DNA of 64,000 nucleotides from the human T2T-CHM13v2.0 reference genome, Homo sapiens (GCF_009914755.1 NC_060945.1), one strand, 5' to 3'; positions 1-13,576 are shown, counted from the first letter of the stretch. A program made the numbers and translations. The notes: generated by a model not told the origin, from the letters alone.

Positions 1-1489
1 GAAGGTGAATTGATCATTCATAAAATTTTTTGGCACTTAACTAATAACTCATGGATATAAACCAAAACAATTGCAGTCAAAAATCAATGAAGTTCAGGAA
101 CACTTTTCACTAGTTAACTATGCGTAAAGCTCTGTGATAAGTTTTGAGGGGGGAAAAAGAAAGGAAAATACTTGAGTTGTTAACATATGATTTTTTAAAA
201 ATTAATGATGCTCAGTTATAAAAAATCCAGTGGAAAATATCATTAATGTATTCTGAAACAGTTTGAAAAAGCCACTCTGTGAATCAACCTACTTTTGGTT
301 TTAGAATTTATTTACTTATTTAGAAAGAAAGAAAACAGAAAGACAGGCACCATTCTCTGTATGTTATTTTCCTGAAAGGTGTTAAGGCAAAATGAAAAAA
401 AACTCTCCTCTATAATTATGTAATATATCCTAATCTCTTATTATGCTTTATGATTTTATAATTCTGTGTAAAATCTGTCATAGTTTTAAGTCCCATCACC
501 TAATGCATGCATTCTTGTCTAGTCTTTTTATGAAAGGATTCATTCTTGTGAATCAACAAGGCATAGACCCAGACTAAGAGAGCTTTCATCGTTTTTAAGA
601 AAGTGACGCTAGCTTACAGTCTCCTAGGAAACTCAAAAATTCAGCAGCTGTAGAAAGTCCAAGTTTTACAAAACAGCTATTATTGGGGGTGAAATCTCCC
701 AAGGATGGATTCCTGCAATCTCACCTTATTTTTAAACATGGAATAAGAAATACTTTAATAGTATTTATGGTTAGTCATTTGTTAGTGAGCAGAAAAAAAT
801 CAGCAAAACCCAGATCTGGACACTTTTCATTTCTTGATCTGAGTGGAACTGCAATTAAACTCAGGAAACTTAACAAAAGGCTGATTATTTGAAGGGAATG
901 GTCATCAAACAAACACTGAAAAAATACAAATCCAGAAAGCACACACAGAATAATTTATTAGGCAGTATAATAGCAATTAATTAAGAGGAATGTATATATG
1001 TACTGGAGAAATATGTATTCTAAAATATAAAGTGTAAAAATTAACAATACATGAAATAGCCACATTATCTCCATGAAATTAAGAGTTTGCACTAAATGAA
1101 CTTCAAAATTGCTATCGAGGGAAAAAAATCCATAATGCTTCTGTACTTTTATATGTGTGTTGCATGCTCAGTTTGTTGGTTATGTTGTCTTTTGGATGCT
1201 AAGAGAAGTACAATGGAATATTGCTTTTAGAAATACGTCTGTGTTTTACACTATCATGCTACTATGAAAGGTAGGCATGCACTTGCTGTCATGAAACAAA
1301 TAGAGTTTTTGTAATTAGGTGAAACTTGCCTAAAGTTAGTCATTTTGTTTTTGTGTGTTAATGACTTATTTATTATCGATACATCTTGATGAGAAACATG
1401 CAGAGTTTAAAGATGGAAAATGAAACATGTTAGTACCATTTATCTGACAACAAAAATGCCAAATGAGAAAATAATCGTGGTTGTGGAAT

Positions 1490-1690
1490 TTTCAGTGTAT
1501 TGACTCAGGCTTACCACTACAGAGTAGAAGAACAAAGAAGGGTGTCTTTGATATCCAGTGGCTATAGGTCAAAAGTTGATTCCTTTTCAGTATTATTTCT
1601 TTGCCTTTGGAGACATTAATTAACTTTTTTGAAACTCAATTTCCACAAGTGAAAAATACATATGTTATGATAATCTCAAAATAGTTTTAT
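1490..1690. mobile_element. MIR fragment (ancient SINE)
   Basis: Degenerate MIR core 'attaattaacttttttgaaactcaatttccacaagtgaaaaat' resembles consensus 'ttacttaacctctctgagcctcagtttcctcatctgtaaaat'. Confidence 0.45.
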
Positions 1691-2259
1691 AAAGTTTCCG
1701 AATTTATGACATGTTATCTTTTCAGTAAATGTTGTCCTCCCTTCTCCTCCTCCTCACCGTAGAGACGTAAGTTGTTTTCAAGTTATAATCGGATATTTAC
1801 ATGTATTTATTAGTACATTAGTGTATTGTATATATCTGCATGTCAAATGCAAAATACATAGGATGGAAAAATAGGAACAAAGAAGTATTTGCCATACATG
1901 TTTTAAAAAGGTTTTCTAGTACCTATTTTTTTTCTCATGGATAGAGATGCTAACACATCGATAACTTCTACTTCATACTTGTTATCTGCCAAGCATTTGT
2001 TTCATGCACGACAGTGAACAATGTAAATATTCTTTGCTCTTGTGAAGCATATATTTTAGTAAAGAAGAGAGAATGAGACAGTTAGTCAGTAAACAGAATT
2101 AGAGGGGTTAATTTTTTTTCGAAGAGGGTGCATTTAAGCTAATGCAAAGTTCCTAAGACAAGAATGAGCTTGGAATATGCAAGAAATAGAAAGAAGGGCC
2201 TGTCGGTGGGGTGCATTAGCAAGGTGTGGTAACAAGCTACTAAGAGTCTTTAGTAATCT

Positions 2260-2710
2260 CTGCCTTGGGTAGTCTGTTCTTTCATTGTACCAGGATTGAT
2301 TTGCGTGATCAATACAATATGGCAGAATTGATGGTCTGTTACTTCTGAGATGGAGGCTATAAAAGAAATGGTAGCTTCTCTCATTGTTGCTGTTTTTTCT
2401 TACTCTTTGATCACTTCCTCTGGGAGAAATCATGTTGGGAGCAGCCCAGTGGGGAGGTTTACAAGGAGAAAAACTGAAATCTCTGCCAACAACCCTGTGT
2501 GTGAGCTTAGAACAAATCCCCCAGTCTCAAACAAGTCTTCAGAGGTTGCTACCCTAGCCAACAGCAAGTTCATTAACCATCCTGAGACGGAAATGCTTAG
2601 CTAAATTTCTTCCAGATTTCTGACCCTCAAAAAAAATGGAGCAATAAATGTTTATTGTTGTAAACACAAATTTTTGAGGTAGCATGTTTACAGAAATAGA
2701 TAATGAACAC
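2260..2710 (+). mobile_element. MaLR solo LTR (MLT1F-like)
   Basis: MLT1-type segments 'gtgagcttagaacaaatccc...gtcttcagaggttgctaccctagccaacagc...ccagatttctgaccctca...aataaatgtttattgttgtaaacacaaatttttgaggtagcatgtttacagaaatagataatgaaca'. Confidence 0.7.
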
Positions 2711-3059
2711 AAAACAGAGAGGTTAGAAATGAAATGACATGAAGTAGGACTTCATAGACAATAGTAGGATTTGAATGCTGTTTAAATTAATGGGTAGTAA
2801 TCTGAAATTATGAAGGGTCCATGTAACATTATTTGACTTTGTTTTAAATAAAAATGAATCAATTATGGAGTACACAGTGTTTGAAGGGGCATAGAATGAA
2901 TCAGGATGTCAAGCTAAAAGGAGTTGTCCAGGTAGATATGAGACATTGATTAGAGTAGAACAGCCAAAATGGAAGCAAGTTGAGAGTTCTGCGATGCAAT
3001 GGAAGACAGAACTGGCCATAAATATGGGTATCCTTCATATACATGATTGCTTGCAATCA

Positions 3060-3450
3060 ACAAGAAAAATACAAGGCAAGTAAATAATGAATTTACTAAT
3101 GGCAAAAAAAATGTGTTTTAAAGATGCTCAATTTCATTAGTATTGGCAAAAACATTAATAATAATGGCATATTTTTCATCCTGAGAAATTAAAAAGACTA
3201 ATAAAACTCTTCATTGGCAAGACTGGAAAATTATTCACTTTCATTTATTGTAGATAAGACACTAAATTGATATAGAGTCTCTAAAGCCAATCTGCAAAGT
3301 CCATACGCTTTCTTCTAGGGAGTGAATTTCACGGAATTTTTCCCAAGGAAATGTTTGCAATATTAATGAACACTCATTGTTCATTGTAAGACCATTTATA
3401 ATAGTGGATACTTGGAAGCACCTCATAGGCTCATCATATCGTATATAATT
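3060..3450 (+). mobile_element. Highly diverged L1M (ORF2 3' part) fragment
   Basis: 'aagatgctcaatttcattagta', 'ttcattgtaagaccatttataatagtggatacttggaagcacct' resemble the old L1 ORF2 end. Confidence 0.45.
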
Positions 3451-3609
3451 AATCTTGCTTATGGCATAATATATAAAATACATGTTCCAAGAGGGTATGT
3501 TTATCATTAATCTATATATATAAGTGTAAAACTATATATGTCCATGTTATATTTCATGGTATGTGTACGTGTGTATGTAAAAAGGCAGTATTTACCAAAA
3601 AAAGGACAG

Positions 3610-3853
3610 TAGCTTGAAGCCAGGAATTTGAGACCAGCCTGAGCAACAAAGCAAGACACAGTCTCTACAAAAAATTTAAAAACTTAGTTGGGTGTGGTGG
3701 CATGCTTCTGTAGTCCCAGCTACTCAGGAGGCTGAACTGGGAAGATCACCTGAGCCCAGGTGTTCCAGGCTGCAGCGAGCTGTGTTTGCACCTCTGCACT
3801 CCAGCCTGTGCAACAGAATGAGAGACATGTCTCAAAAGCAAAAAAAAAAAAAA
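3610..3853 (+). mobile_element. AluJ, 5'-truncated
   Basis: Alu body from 'gcttgaagccaggaatttgagaccagcc' to the A tail; J-type diagnostics 'gatcacctgagcccagg...ggctgcag'. Confidence 0.92.
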
Positions 3854-4699
3854 GGAACAGCCAAATATGATTATTTCTGGGCAATATATTTAAATATGAT
3901 GTTTCTTTCTTTAGATTTTTCTTTATTTAGAGATTCTTTGTGCCAACATTATTTTTAAATATAAAAATAATCCAAAACTGTTGACAAAAATGTAAAATAT
4001 AAAAAAGCTAAAACATTACCTATATTATGACTTTCTATTATAAGAAATATTACAAAGTTAATTTCATTACATTTGTCATTTTCTCCAAATATTTTCTTTA
4101 TAGTAATAATTTTAGATCCTTTGTAGTCTTTATGCTTACATCTTTAGGTCTTTAGAAAACATTATTTTTATCTATTGGTATTAATTAGAACAGAAGAAAA
4201 AATCATGAGAATGATGGGAAAAAGTAAAACTACACTGATCATTAATAAAAAAAAATCAGGACATGTAGGAAAGAAAAAAGAATAAAGATAACCGCTACAG
4301 ATTTAGTAGAGTTATCAGTTTCTATGGTTTTCAAATAAACCATAGGCTAGTCACAAATGTTTTAAAAATTGTTAACATGATATTTTTGTTCTGAGTCAAT
4401 CTTTGAAAAACAGTTTAGTTGTATAAAAACTATTTCTCAAAAATTATTCTCCCACTGAATTTTAGTTTATTCAAAGTATGAGGTACTTGTGATAAGAAAT
4501 ATCTTATCCATTAAAATACTGCTTTATATTTGCCTTTTTAGAGAGAGACCAAAGATCAAATCTAAAATCAGTAAGAAATTTCTGCTTTTCATATTTATTT
4601 GATACCAGTCCATCTCGTTTAGGGTTTATTGGAGTTCTTAAAACGTCTGGTAATAACAGCCATAATAATAGTGTGTTACTTATGTAATTATTAATCCTG

Positions 4700-4870
4700 T
4701 TTACATTTCACATGTATTATTTTATTTTATCATTATCACAACATGGAGTAGCTTTGATTAATGGTTTTCACTTGCAAAATAAGACAACTGAAGCTCAGAA
4801 AGATTACATGACCTGTCCAGCACTATAGATCTAGTAAATGGTGGTGCAAAAAAATAATACCAGAGCCCAC
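4700..4870. mobile_element. MIR fragment
   Basis: 'aataagacaactgaagctcagaaagattacatgacctgtccagcactatagatctagtaaatggtgg' matches the MIR core. Confidence 0.7.
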
Positions 4871-6894
4871 AATGAAATCATTTCCTCAAAAACTATATCT
4901 GATGTTTTTTTCCATGCAAGGTTAATAGACATAGTCACACAGCTTCCAAAATGTTTCCTTTGGTTTCACTATTGAATAGGGACAGGTCAGTTTTTTCTGA
5001 AAAGTGTCATTCCACCCCCGTTTCCCAGCCTGTATTTTTCCCTCTACATATTAACTATCTTAGTTGCCAAATTTCCTACTTAATTTTTGATTTAAATATA
5101 ATTGTGATCTTAATTATATTAAAAATAACTTCTAAAAACTTTCAACATATTTTATTTACTGCACGTTAGCATTAAGGGAAGACTCTAATCCTAAAGGGGC
5201 TTACTGTGGTAACTCAGGACACAAACTATTTTATAGAAAATGTTGGACAGTAAGAAAGAGCAACTGGTAATCAAATGCATTTGTTATTGACTTGATTCTT
5301 ATCTGTTTGACACTACCCAGTGGATATGAGCTGACTTTGCTTCAACCACGGTGTCACTGCCAATACTTAATTTATATCTAGTGGGAGAAGAATTATATAT
5401 TTTTCTTGTTTAATCCTGTACCCTTCAGAAGCTTATTTATAAAGTACCAGTTGGATATTATCTAGTTTTGTTCTACAATTTATTAATATGTATTTGAATA
5501 TTCTTGGTGTACGTTGTAGGGATTAGAGTACCAAAATTTCACACGATAAGCAGGTATATATTTCCTCTAAAGTAAAAGCAGCTGCAATATATAACTAAAC
5601 ATGTAATTTAATTCTTTAAATCCTGTACTTTAATTTTGTTTATAGTTTTTGTGTGTATTATGTCACCAAAGTCTTTACATCTGAAAAACCAAATTGTTCA
5701 ACCCAACCATAACTAAATATTTGAAAAATGTAATTTGACTCATAAAGACTTTTTTTTTTAATAAACACTTATTAAAATGTACTGTGTGCCAGGCTTTAAG
5801 TCTCACCCAAGAATTCTGCAGAGTGAGGCCAGATTTTCATACAACTGGATTTCATTCACGGTTTAATTTCTCTTGTAAAAGTTGAAAAATAGCAATCTAG
5901 AATACATTTGGCCATTGACGGCACTTTCAATTTTGAAGCTGTACTGAAGCTGTCACACTACCATCCAAATTACTGTCAAAAATGAGTATGCTAATTGAAA
6001 AGCTCTGGCTATGAAGTTAAGTGTTGCAGTTTTATCAAGCATAGATAAGAACACTATATAAAACATGGATTTTAAGGTGAATTGAATTTATCAAATTGTA
6101 AGGGCAGGCTATAATTTGAAAATCCTACATTAGATGGATTTTTCAAATTCTAATTTGTTGTGAATAATAATGTTCAGCAGAAGAGAAGAGCTGTATTTTC
6201 TTGCATTCCTTGGTTTAGGATTTTTAGAATAAGGACATTTCTACCAGGATTCAAAATTCCTTACTAGCATAGCTCATGAATCTCCTCCCTACTTATTGTA
6301 TTGGAAAAACTATCCAGCACACAAAATGTTAGCATTTCAGGAATTTGTAATCAACTGATAAATCATAAGTATTTGTTTATAAGTCAGATCATACATCTAA
6401 AAACTTATAGGGTAAATCAACCCCACTATTTGCTAACTCTCGGGTATCACCATAGGCTGTTCTGTGGGCAGGAGTCCATATTTTCATTGACTACAGTTAT
6501 GATAATGGTTTCTAGTTTTACACAAATATTTTTCCTTCTGATGTCTAACTAATTGTGAAAATAGCATAACATATCACATTTGTGAAAGTTATTTAGCTGC
6601 TGGGGTCACTGCTACTGTGAAAAGATCAGTCATAATTTGTGCAGTGGTTGGAATATACTTTTAGATGTCACTGGGGAAAAAAATCTTGGCTTTAAAATGC
6701 CTTTGTAAAGATAAGCCAGTTGTAAGGTGTGATTCCATTGTTAAGATTAATAATATGAATGACCAGTTAAATATGGGTCTGTACTGACTGGAAACTCTTG
6801 AAAAATGAACTTCAGATATTTGAATTGCATTGTTTTATATGCACATCTTATATATTTTAAATATAAAAGGTAGCTAAATCCATGAATTAGCTTT

Positions 6895-6977
6895 CACAGG
6901 ATATGATTATCAACATCTCATGTACCCCACAAATATATACACATACTATGTACCCACCAAAATCAAAAATAAAAAAG
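6895..6977 (+). mobile_element. L1 3' terminal fragment (L1PB/L1MA-like)
   Basis: 'catctcatgtaccccacaaatatatacacatactatgtacccaccaaaatcaaaaataaaaaa' is the typical L1MA/L1PB 3' end. Confidence 0.8.
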
Positions 6978-7537
6978 TAAACTTTTTTGCTTCATGTGGC
7001 AAATTGCAATAGCTCTTTTTTCTAAAAGTATTTCTAATTTTATTTCTTGTGTTTTTCTTCATTTCATTCAATTATTAATGAAATATTTTAAATGTTCATT
7101 AAAGTTCAGTGGAAATGCCATTTCCACCAGTTTTTTCTTTCATTTTTTACATTGCTGTAAGACTTTGACAATGTGTTGAACCTCTAAAATATTTGTCAAT
7201 CATGCTTTCTTGTAAATATATAGTCAAACTGTGATTCAATTACAATAGTATTTTCTGTTTCTCAACTGTTAACTGTTTGACGATAGTAAGAGTGTCTAAT
7301 TCATCCCTCTTTCCTCTAGCTGTTAACACAAGATTTGGCATGGGTTAACAACTCATTTACTATTTAAAGATAAGAACCTTTAACAGAAAATGCCAGTCAT
7401 ATAATGTAAAGGAGGCACAGGGTATGTATTTTCTGTGTATAATTCAAGCTAAGTGTTAAATAGCACAGGCTCATAATTATTTTCTTAATTCGAGTATGTA
7501 ATGTGTTTTGTCTTGCTGGAGTTGCCTCCAAAGCCGT

Positions 7538-8024
7538 TGTAGGGGGAGTTCCTTCAAGGGACTGCTTCAAACCATTCCATGAAGGGGCCAGTTGGGATTA
7601 CAAAGAAGGAAACACTAAAAGCCGGGGTGATGAATCCAAAGCGTTTGCAGCATTAGGGGAACTTACATACAGAGGGCTTCAGCGTCCTCATGACAGAAAA
7701 AAATACGTTCTACCCAAGTATGTCCTTAACCAGAGTGTCACCCTATGTAGTTTATATAAGAGTGTCAGGAATTTGGCCCAGGCCGTTGCTAGATTCTATG
7801 TGTTTGGCAGCATGCTTGATATTTCAGGGCTTGGGAAAACCACCTAAACAACTTCCTGTGGGCCTTGGAGTACTCCTTGATACCTTCCAGGCCCCAGTTT
7901 CCCCAGTTTGGGTTTAAGCCTGCAGGGAAAAACATGAAGCTGGCTGGGTCACTGAGCACTAAAGGCACTCTGACTTTCTAGGTAAGGACAAAGAAAGAAA
8001 ATAGGGGACACTGGGGACTCTACA
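7538..8024 (-). mobile_element. Probable ERVL-class solo LTR (MER54/MER73/MER74-like; family uncertain)
   Basis: GC-richer ~490 bp block bounded by TGTAG... and ...CTACA termini. Family assignment is from memory only. Confidence 0.5.
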
Positions 8025-8095
8025 TATAAAGATACAATTTCCTCTGTGTTTAATAAAGTCTAGGGTATACCAGATTAATGCAACAAAATATGAAC

Positions 8096-8183
8096 AAAAA
8101 ATAACTCATACAAGGCATTCCCTGGTAGTTTCATGGATCTTTTCATGAGACTACCAGGGAATGCCTTGTATGAGTTATTTTTT
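8096..8183. repeat. Near-perfect inverted repeat / hairpin (40-bp arms, 8-nt loop)
   Basis: Left arm 8096-8135 aaaaaataactcatacaaggcattccctggtagtttcatg; loop gatctttt 8136-8143; right arm 8144-8183 catgagactaccagggaatgccttgtatgagttatttttt; one mismatch. Confidence 0.97.
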
Positions 8184-8809
8184 TGGAAAAACCTGTATAT
8201 TTTGATTTTATTAAAACAATTATTTGGAGATTGCATCTTTCTCTACCACAAAACTACCAGTAGACATTGTCCTTTATGAGAAGGCAAAGGATATGTGACT
8301 GAATTGGTTCTACCACTTATCGAGGAACTGAACTTAGTTCCTTAAACTAGTAACTTTGGCTTTTAATTCAATTAAATACAGATTATAACACAGAGTCAGT
8401 GAGAATATCAAAATGGTAATGTAAGAGGAAAAAGGGCTCCTGGACATGGTGTGTTTTTTAATAACAATAATTGAATAAGGGGATACATTAAAGTTCTGCT
8501 TACACAAAAAGAAATCATCATGCATATGTTTCAGGAAAAGTATATTTGTTGTGTACTATTTTTGTTAAAAAGGCAATAAAATTAATTCTTCTTAGAGTAC
8601 AGTTTCAGGCAAAAAGATTATTCTCCAAACCAAACAGTATGTTTACTTTTACTTATGAGAAGGAAATAAAAAATCTATTGTATTTTATTTTATAATCTAT
8701 ATTTCTAAGAAACTCCAATTCAATAATAAATCACAGTAGCCATATTGTAACAAGTTTTGATTATTCTATTTTATTTTGCTATTCATACGTTACTTCTCTT
8801 TTAAAATGT

Positions 8810-9340
8810 AAGTCTGTATTCAGAAGGGATGAGTACTAGAGTTGTGCATTGAGGATTGAAAGCACAGAGATGTTATTTAATACTATGGGATTGGTTTTGA
8901 GCCCGGAGGCATGGAAATGGGTTGGCAGAAGTGATATCAGGCTAAGCTCTGGGACACCCACAATGCGGAGGTCTGGAAGATGAGGTTAATCCCACAAGAA
9001 GATCGAAGACTGAGATGGAGGGAGAACCAAGAGGGCAGGGCTCCAGAAGCCGAATGCAGGCAGTGCAAGGAGAGAGAAGCCCACTGTGACACATGCTACG
9101 GATTAAGGAAGATCTGATACAGAGCAGGGATAATCCATTCACAGGAACGAGAAGAAAGCACAGTAGATGGTAACAGAAGCAAGATGCTTGGTAGATTTGG
9201 TGGAAGGGGAAAGGTTAAAGTTCTCTTTTATTTCTTTTTTCTTCCCAACAAAATTAGAGGCACATTTATTTTTTGAATGGGAGGAGGTAGCGGGGGTCGT
9301 TTCAGGTTTGAGGAAAGTGGGAGAAGACATGGAACATTCC
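8810..9340. mobile_element. L2 fragment
   Basis: Purine-rich; 'ctaagctctgggacacccacaatgcggaggtctggaagatgagg...gactgag' resembles the L2 consensus. Confidence 0.55.
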
Positions 9341-10600
9341 ACTCCACTAAAAGACTAGGAGCTCAAATGGACAAGGGAGAATTTCTATCCTCTCATTGGT
9401 CTGTGAATTTTTCAGTATTATATTCATTAGATATAAAGTTTCATAGATGGTTTCTGGCATAGTAGATTAATGTTTATTGTGTAAATTACTGAGACATTCA
9501 CTTAAAGAATCACATAATTATTGCATTAAAGCCTGTGTTGTTAACATGTTGAATGTTGCCCAACTTTAAATGACTGTAGACATTCTCTTATTTTAATTAT
9601 GATAATTCTTTCATACAACATTTTAGTTTTCCTCTTCTCTGTTAAAAATACTGTGTTTTTAACATTTAAAATAGCTTTTGCTTTCTTTTCCTTTTTAAAA
9701 CGGCATAATATTCTATAGTGATTCATTGTGTTTTGTTTTTACCCAGCCCCTATCCTCCCTCACACTTTCTCTCCTATTTTCCTTTTTCTCTGAGACATAT
9801 TTTGCTTCTTTTTCAGTTTGCATTCTGCTCTGAATTCTGATTTTCGCTTAGAGAAATATTTTTCATCTCTGGACAACAGAGAAGCAGTGTGAAAAAAGTA
9901 GCTATTTTTATAAAGACCTGGCCTATCCTTCTCATTTTTTCCCGCTTGCTTGCCTGTTTCTATTACAACTTCTATCAACAGTGTTGGCTTTCTATTTGAA
10001 ATAAAGTTGAACCATATCTGGTGCCTGGACATACTTTAAATACACCTCAAAATGAACTGAAATGTTTCAGGTCCTTCTCATCCGTCAAAGGCTGCAGCCA
10101 CTACTCTGGAAGTTATTTTTTGACACACTGATTGCTGGATGGTATCAGTCCTGATAACTCCATTTAAGAATCCTATGAAGAGAAAACTTTTATCGGTCTG
10201 TCACCATCAGGCCTTATCACCCACAAGCAAGTGGTCAAGCTAAAAGAACAGTGCAGATCATAAAGAATGCCCCATAGCAGATTATTATAGGAGATTAGTC
10301 AGCAAGATGAAACAAGTTGCACAGGATTCATCTTTGCACTCTCAAGTCAATAACAAGTATTATAGTAAAAGCATATCTTTGAGGCTTCCTTAAACTACTT
10401 CCATGCAGCACTGGCTTCGTAGGATTGGTAAGAATGGGATGTGTTCTTTTGCTCTCCTGCACGTGATGCTGAACGTGGGGTGCATGTGTTGCTTTTCTGA
10501 ACAGCATTCTTTTTTCACAAAACTTCGTCTTTTCCAGGTGTTAGCATTAAGTTCTCTTTATATTAGGGGTATTGTGGTTTTTAGAATTTAAGACATATAC

Positions 10601-11230
10601 CAGTGGTTCTCAAAGTGACAATATCCACCAGATTCATGGAATATAGCTTTCAGGGGTTCTGTGAGGTTAAAAACCAAACCAAACAAAACTATTTTCATGA
10701 TAATGCTCACACAGTAGGTGCGATTTTTCAACTTCTTGACCTTTGCGCTAGTAGGCAAAAGCAATGGTGGACAAAACTGCTGCTCCTTAGCAGGAATCAC
10801 GGTGGCACAAAATTGTTTTAGTAATCATTTTATTCTTCACTGTCACACAATCACAGGAGGGGAAAAGCCAATTTCATTTAAGAATGTCCGTCAAGAGGCA
10901 GTAAAATATACTAATGTTTTATATCTAAGCACTTAACGGTGCACTATTGGACAAAATTGTAACTGCATATTAGCCATTTTCTGTGGCAAACAGATACAAT
11001 AATTATCTTGAGGAAGAAGTAAGTGTGGATTATTTGAGTTGTGAGACAAACTAGTTGCTTTTTGTTTCTTTTACACACATGGCCTATTATTGAAAAAAAA
11101 AAGATGACTGGGAAACTATGATTATTAAGACTGAGGTATTTAGCAGATTTTGTTTTCCAAAAACGCACAAAGTGTGTTTGTCAATTCAGGGAAGTACTAG
11201 GAATTGTTATCAACTCTTAACGTTGACAAA
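10601..11230 (+). mobile_element. Charlie1a-like hAT DNA transposon, partial, with decayed transposase
   Basis: Begins with the Charlie TIR 'cagtggttctcaaagtg'. Internal 'gcaaaagcaatggtggacaaaactgctg' and 'aaactatgattattaagactgaggtatttagcagatttt'. ORF 10718-10936 gives HFILHCHTI...FKNVRQEAVKYTNVL, resembling the hAT HC..H..AL...LKNVLDEAVKIINFI block. Confidence 0.8.
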
Positions 11231-12350
11231 ATTTGTATTTTAATCAGTTTATCCTAAATAGAACTATTTTGTATTGTAAATGTTTAATGTGTATTTTCTC
11301 AAGTTATTTAAGATTATAAGGCTTAAAGCAATGCCTCTTTTTTTTGATTGGCCTCATGATAATTTAATACCAATTCTGGGTTTTTACTATGGATATTTAT
11401 ATTGTTAGATAGTCTTTATTTCTATTTGTATGACCTCAGCTTTATACTAATTGCTTTATTCGGGAGTTAAGAAGGTCCAAAAGTTCCATATAATTCTCTA
11501 ACTAACATTGAGTTATAATCAATCATGAGTCATAATCAATTTTGCTGTAGCTTGTGTAGCCATCATTTCTCTCTCCCTTTTAGTGTGTGAACGTATATGT
11601 TCTCAATAGTCTGTGAATACTTGTGAACAAAGAAAAAAATTATTTTCTACAGTATTTATTAGAAAAATAATAAGCATTTTGAGTATGCTTTTTAACCTAA
11701 CTCTCAAATATCCTGATATATCACACAAGTTTTAGCAGAAAGATGTGGCAGGCTTCTCATGAGACTCTCCAGGCATATGCAAATCTAAAAGAAAGATAAA
11801 ATATCTGGTATTTTATTTTTTAAAGCCCTTTGCTCTCTACAAAAATTGTATTCTTTAAACAGAAATGTGGGCTATTATAAGCAATGTTTCATTTTCCTAT
11901 TGTCTGTTTAAAAATATCATTTGTAAATTGCAGTTGGTCTTGCATGAATGTGTTTCTAAAATTGTTTGGGAATTATGTACTAATAGACCTCCTGGGATAT
12001 ACTCCTTAGTTTACAAGGGTCGGTGTTAATGTTCTGCCATAGGAAAAGCTTAGTAACAAGAGTGGAGATGTCATCTTTGCCAAAAGCTGTTTCTTAAGTC
12101 TAAAGAGCATGGCAGAACAAAGAGCTTGAGCTACTTTAATGATGCCAATGGTACTACAAAAGTGGTTCCCAACAGCTGTTGTAATAAACCACTGATCAGT
12201 ATCTTTTTGGGGCCCTGTGGGGAACAGAATAACAGACCAAACACACTTCAGGGCTTCCCAGAGCTTCTTCCCCTTTAACATGAGTAATTCTGCTTTTATT
12301 AAACAAAACAAAACAAACCTGATTCGCTCATTATGTCTATTAAATTCTGA

Positions 12351-12650
<300 letters not shown>

Positions 12651-13474
12651 TAATTTCATTTAAAGATGCAATTTTCCTGAGTGAAAAAAATTAAGTCCTG
12701 GCTAGTGAGTCCTTCAGGTCAGTGTTATATTTGCTTGGGGATATGTTTACTGCTAGTAAGTAGCATAAAAGAAATAATTTTATTAGAGCTTTATCCAGCC
12801 TCTCCTTGTGGCATTACCCTTCAGTGTCTTTCTCAGCCCTGAATGCTAAGCCACCATTTAGAATCCTTATTGTTAAATTACCATAAAATAGAGTTTCAAA
12901 GTAAAAAATTCTACCAGAATTAGTTAAGTTAAATAAAACATTAAAATCTTCCAGTTTACACTCAGTTTCTCTCCCCACTTAATTCATCACCACTCTCTTC
13001 TTGGTAATTAGAATATTAGGTCCATCTTGGTCCTAATGGTTAGGTCAATGTTTGGAAATGCCGCTTTCAAAGATTATTAAGTCCTGTTACCAGCTTTTGT
13101 GAATAAGTTCATGGAATGTCCCTGCATTAATTGTCTTTGTTTCTGATTACAGTCTTTTAAGAAAAATTTCTCTAAAATAACTTCCTGGTAGCTATTTTAT
13201 ATACTTCTATACTCTGACATAATTGTCTTCTTCCTTCAGTAATCATAATTACACAAACCTCCTTCAGAATCATTCTACATTATTTTCCTGGGAAAGTTTA
13301 ATTATAAGTTCAAAACAGTGGGGATATTGTGCGTGTGTCTGTGTGTAGAATTTGCAATGTCTTGTATTTAAAGAAAGAAAATCAATTCAAATTGGATCCC
13401 AAATACTGAAATGAATTTTTGGAAATAAGAAGTTCATGGGTAGGACTAGAGTTCAGGGCTTCAGGTCCGCTTCT

Positions 13475-13479
13475 CTGAG

Positions 13480-13517
<38 letters not shown>

Positions 13518-13576
13518 TGTCTGTCTTTCATGCTGAGATTGTGTGTGTGTGTGTGTGTGTGTGTGTCTTTCATGAG
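13475..13576. repeat. Compound (TG)n microsatellite in a duplicated cassette
   Basis: Two copies of ctgagatt-(tg)n-tctttcatg. Confidence 0.95.

Noticed and set aside
7503-7917. 114-aa and 75-aa ORFs
   Set aside because: They lie in a probable LTR, show no recognisable domain and lack a true ATG/Kozak or splice context.
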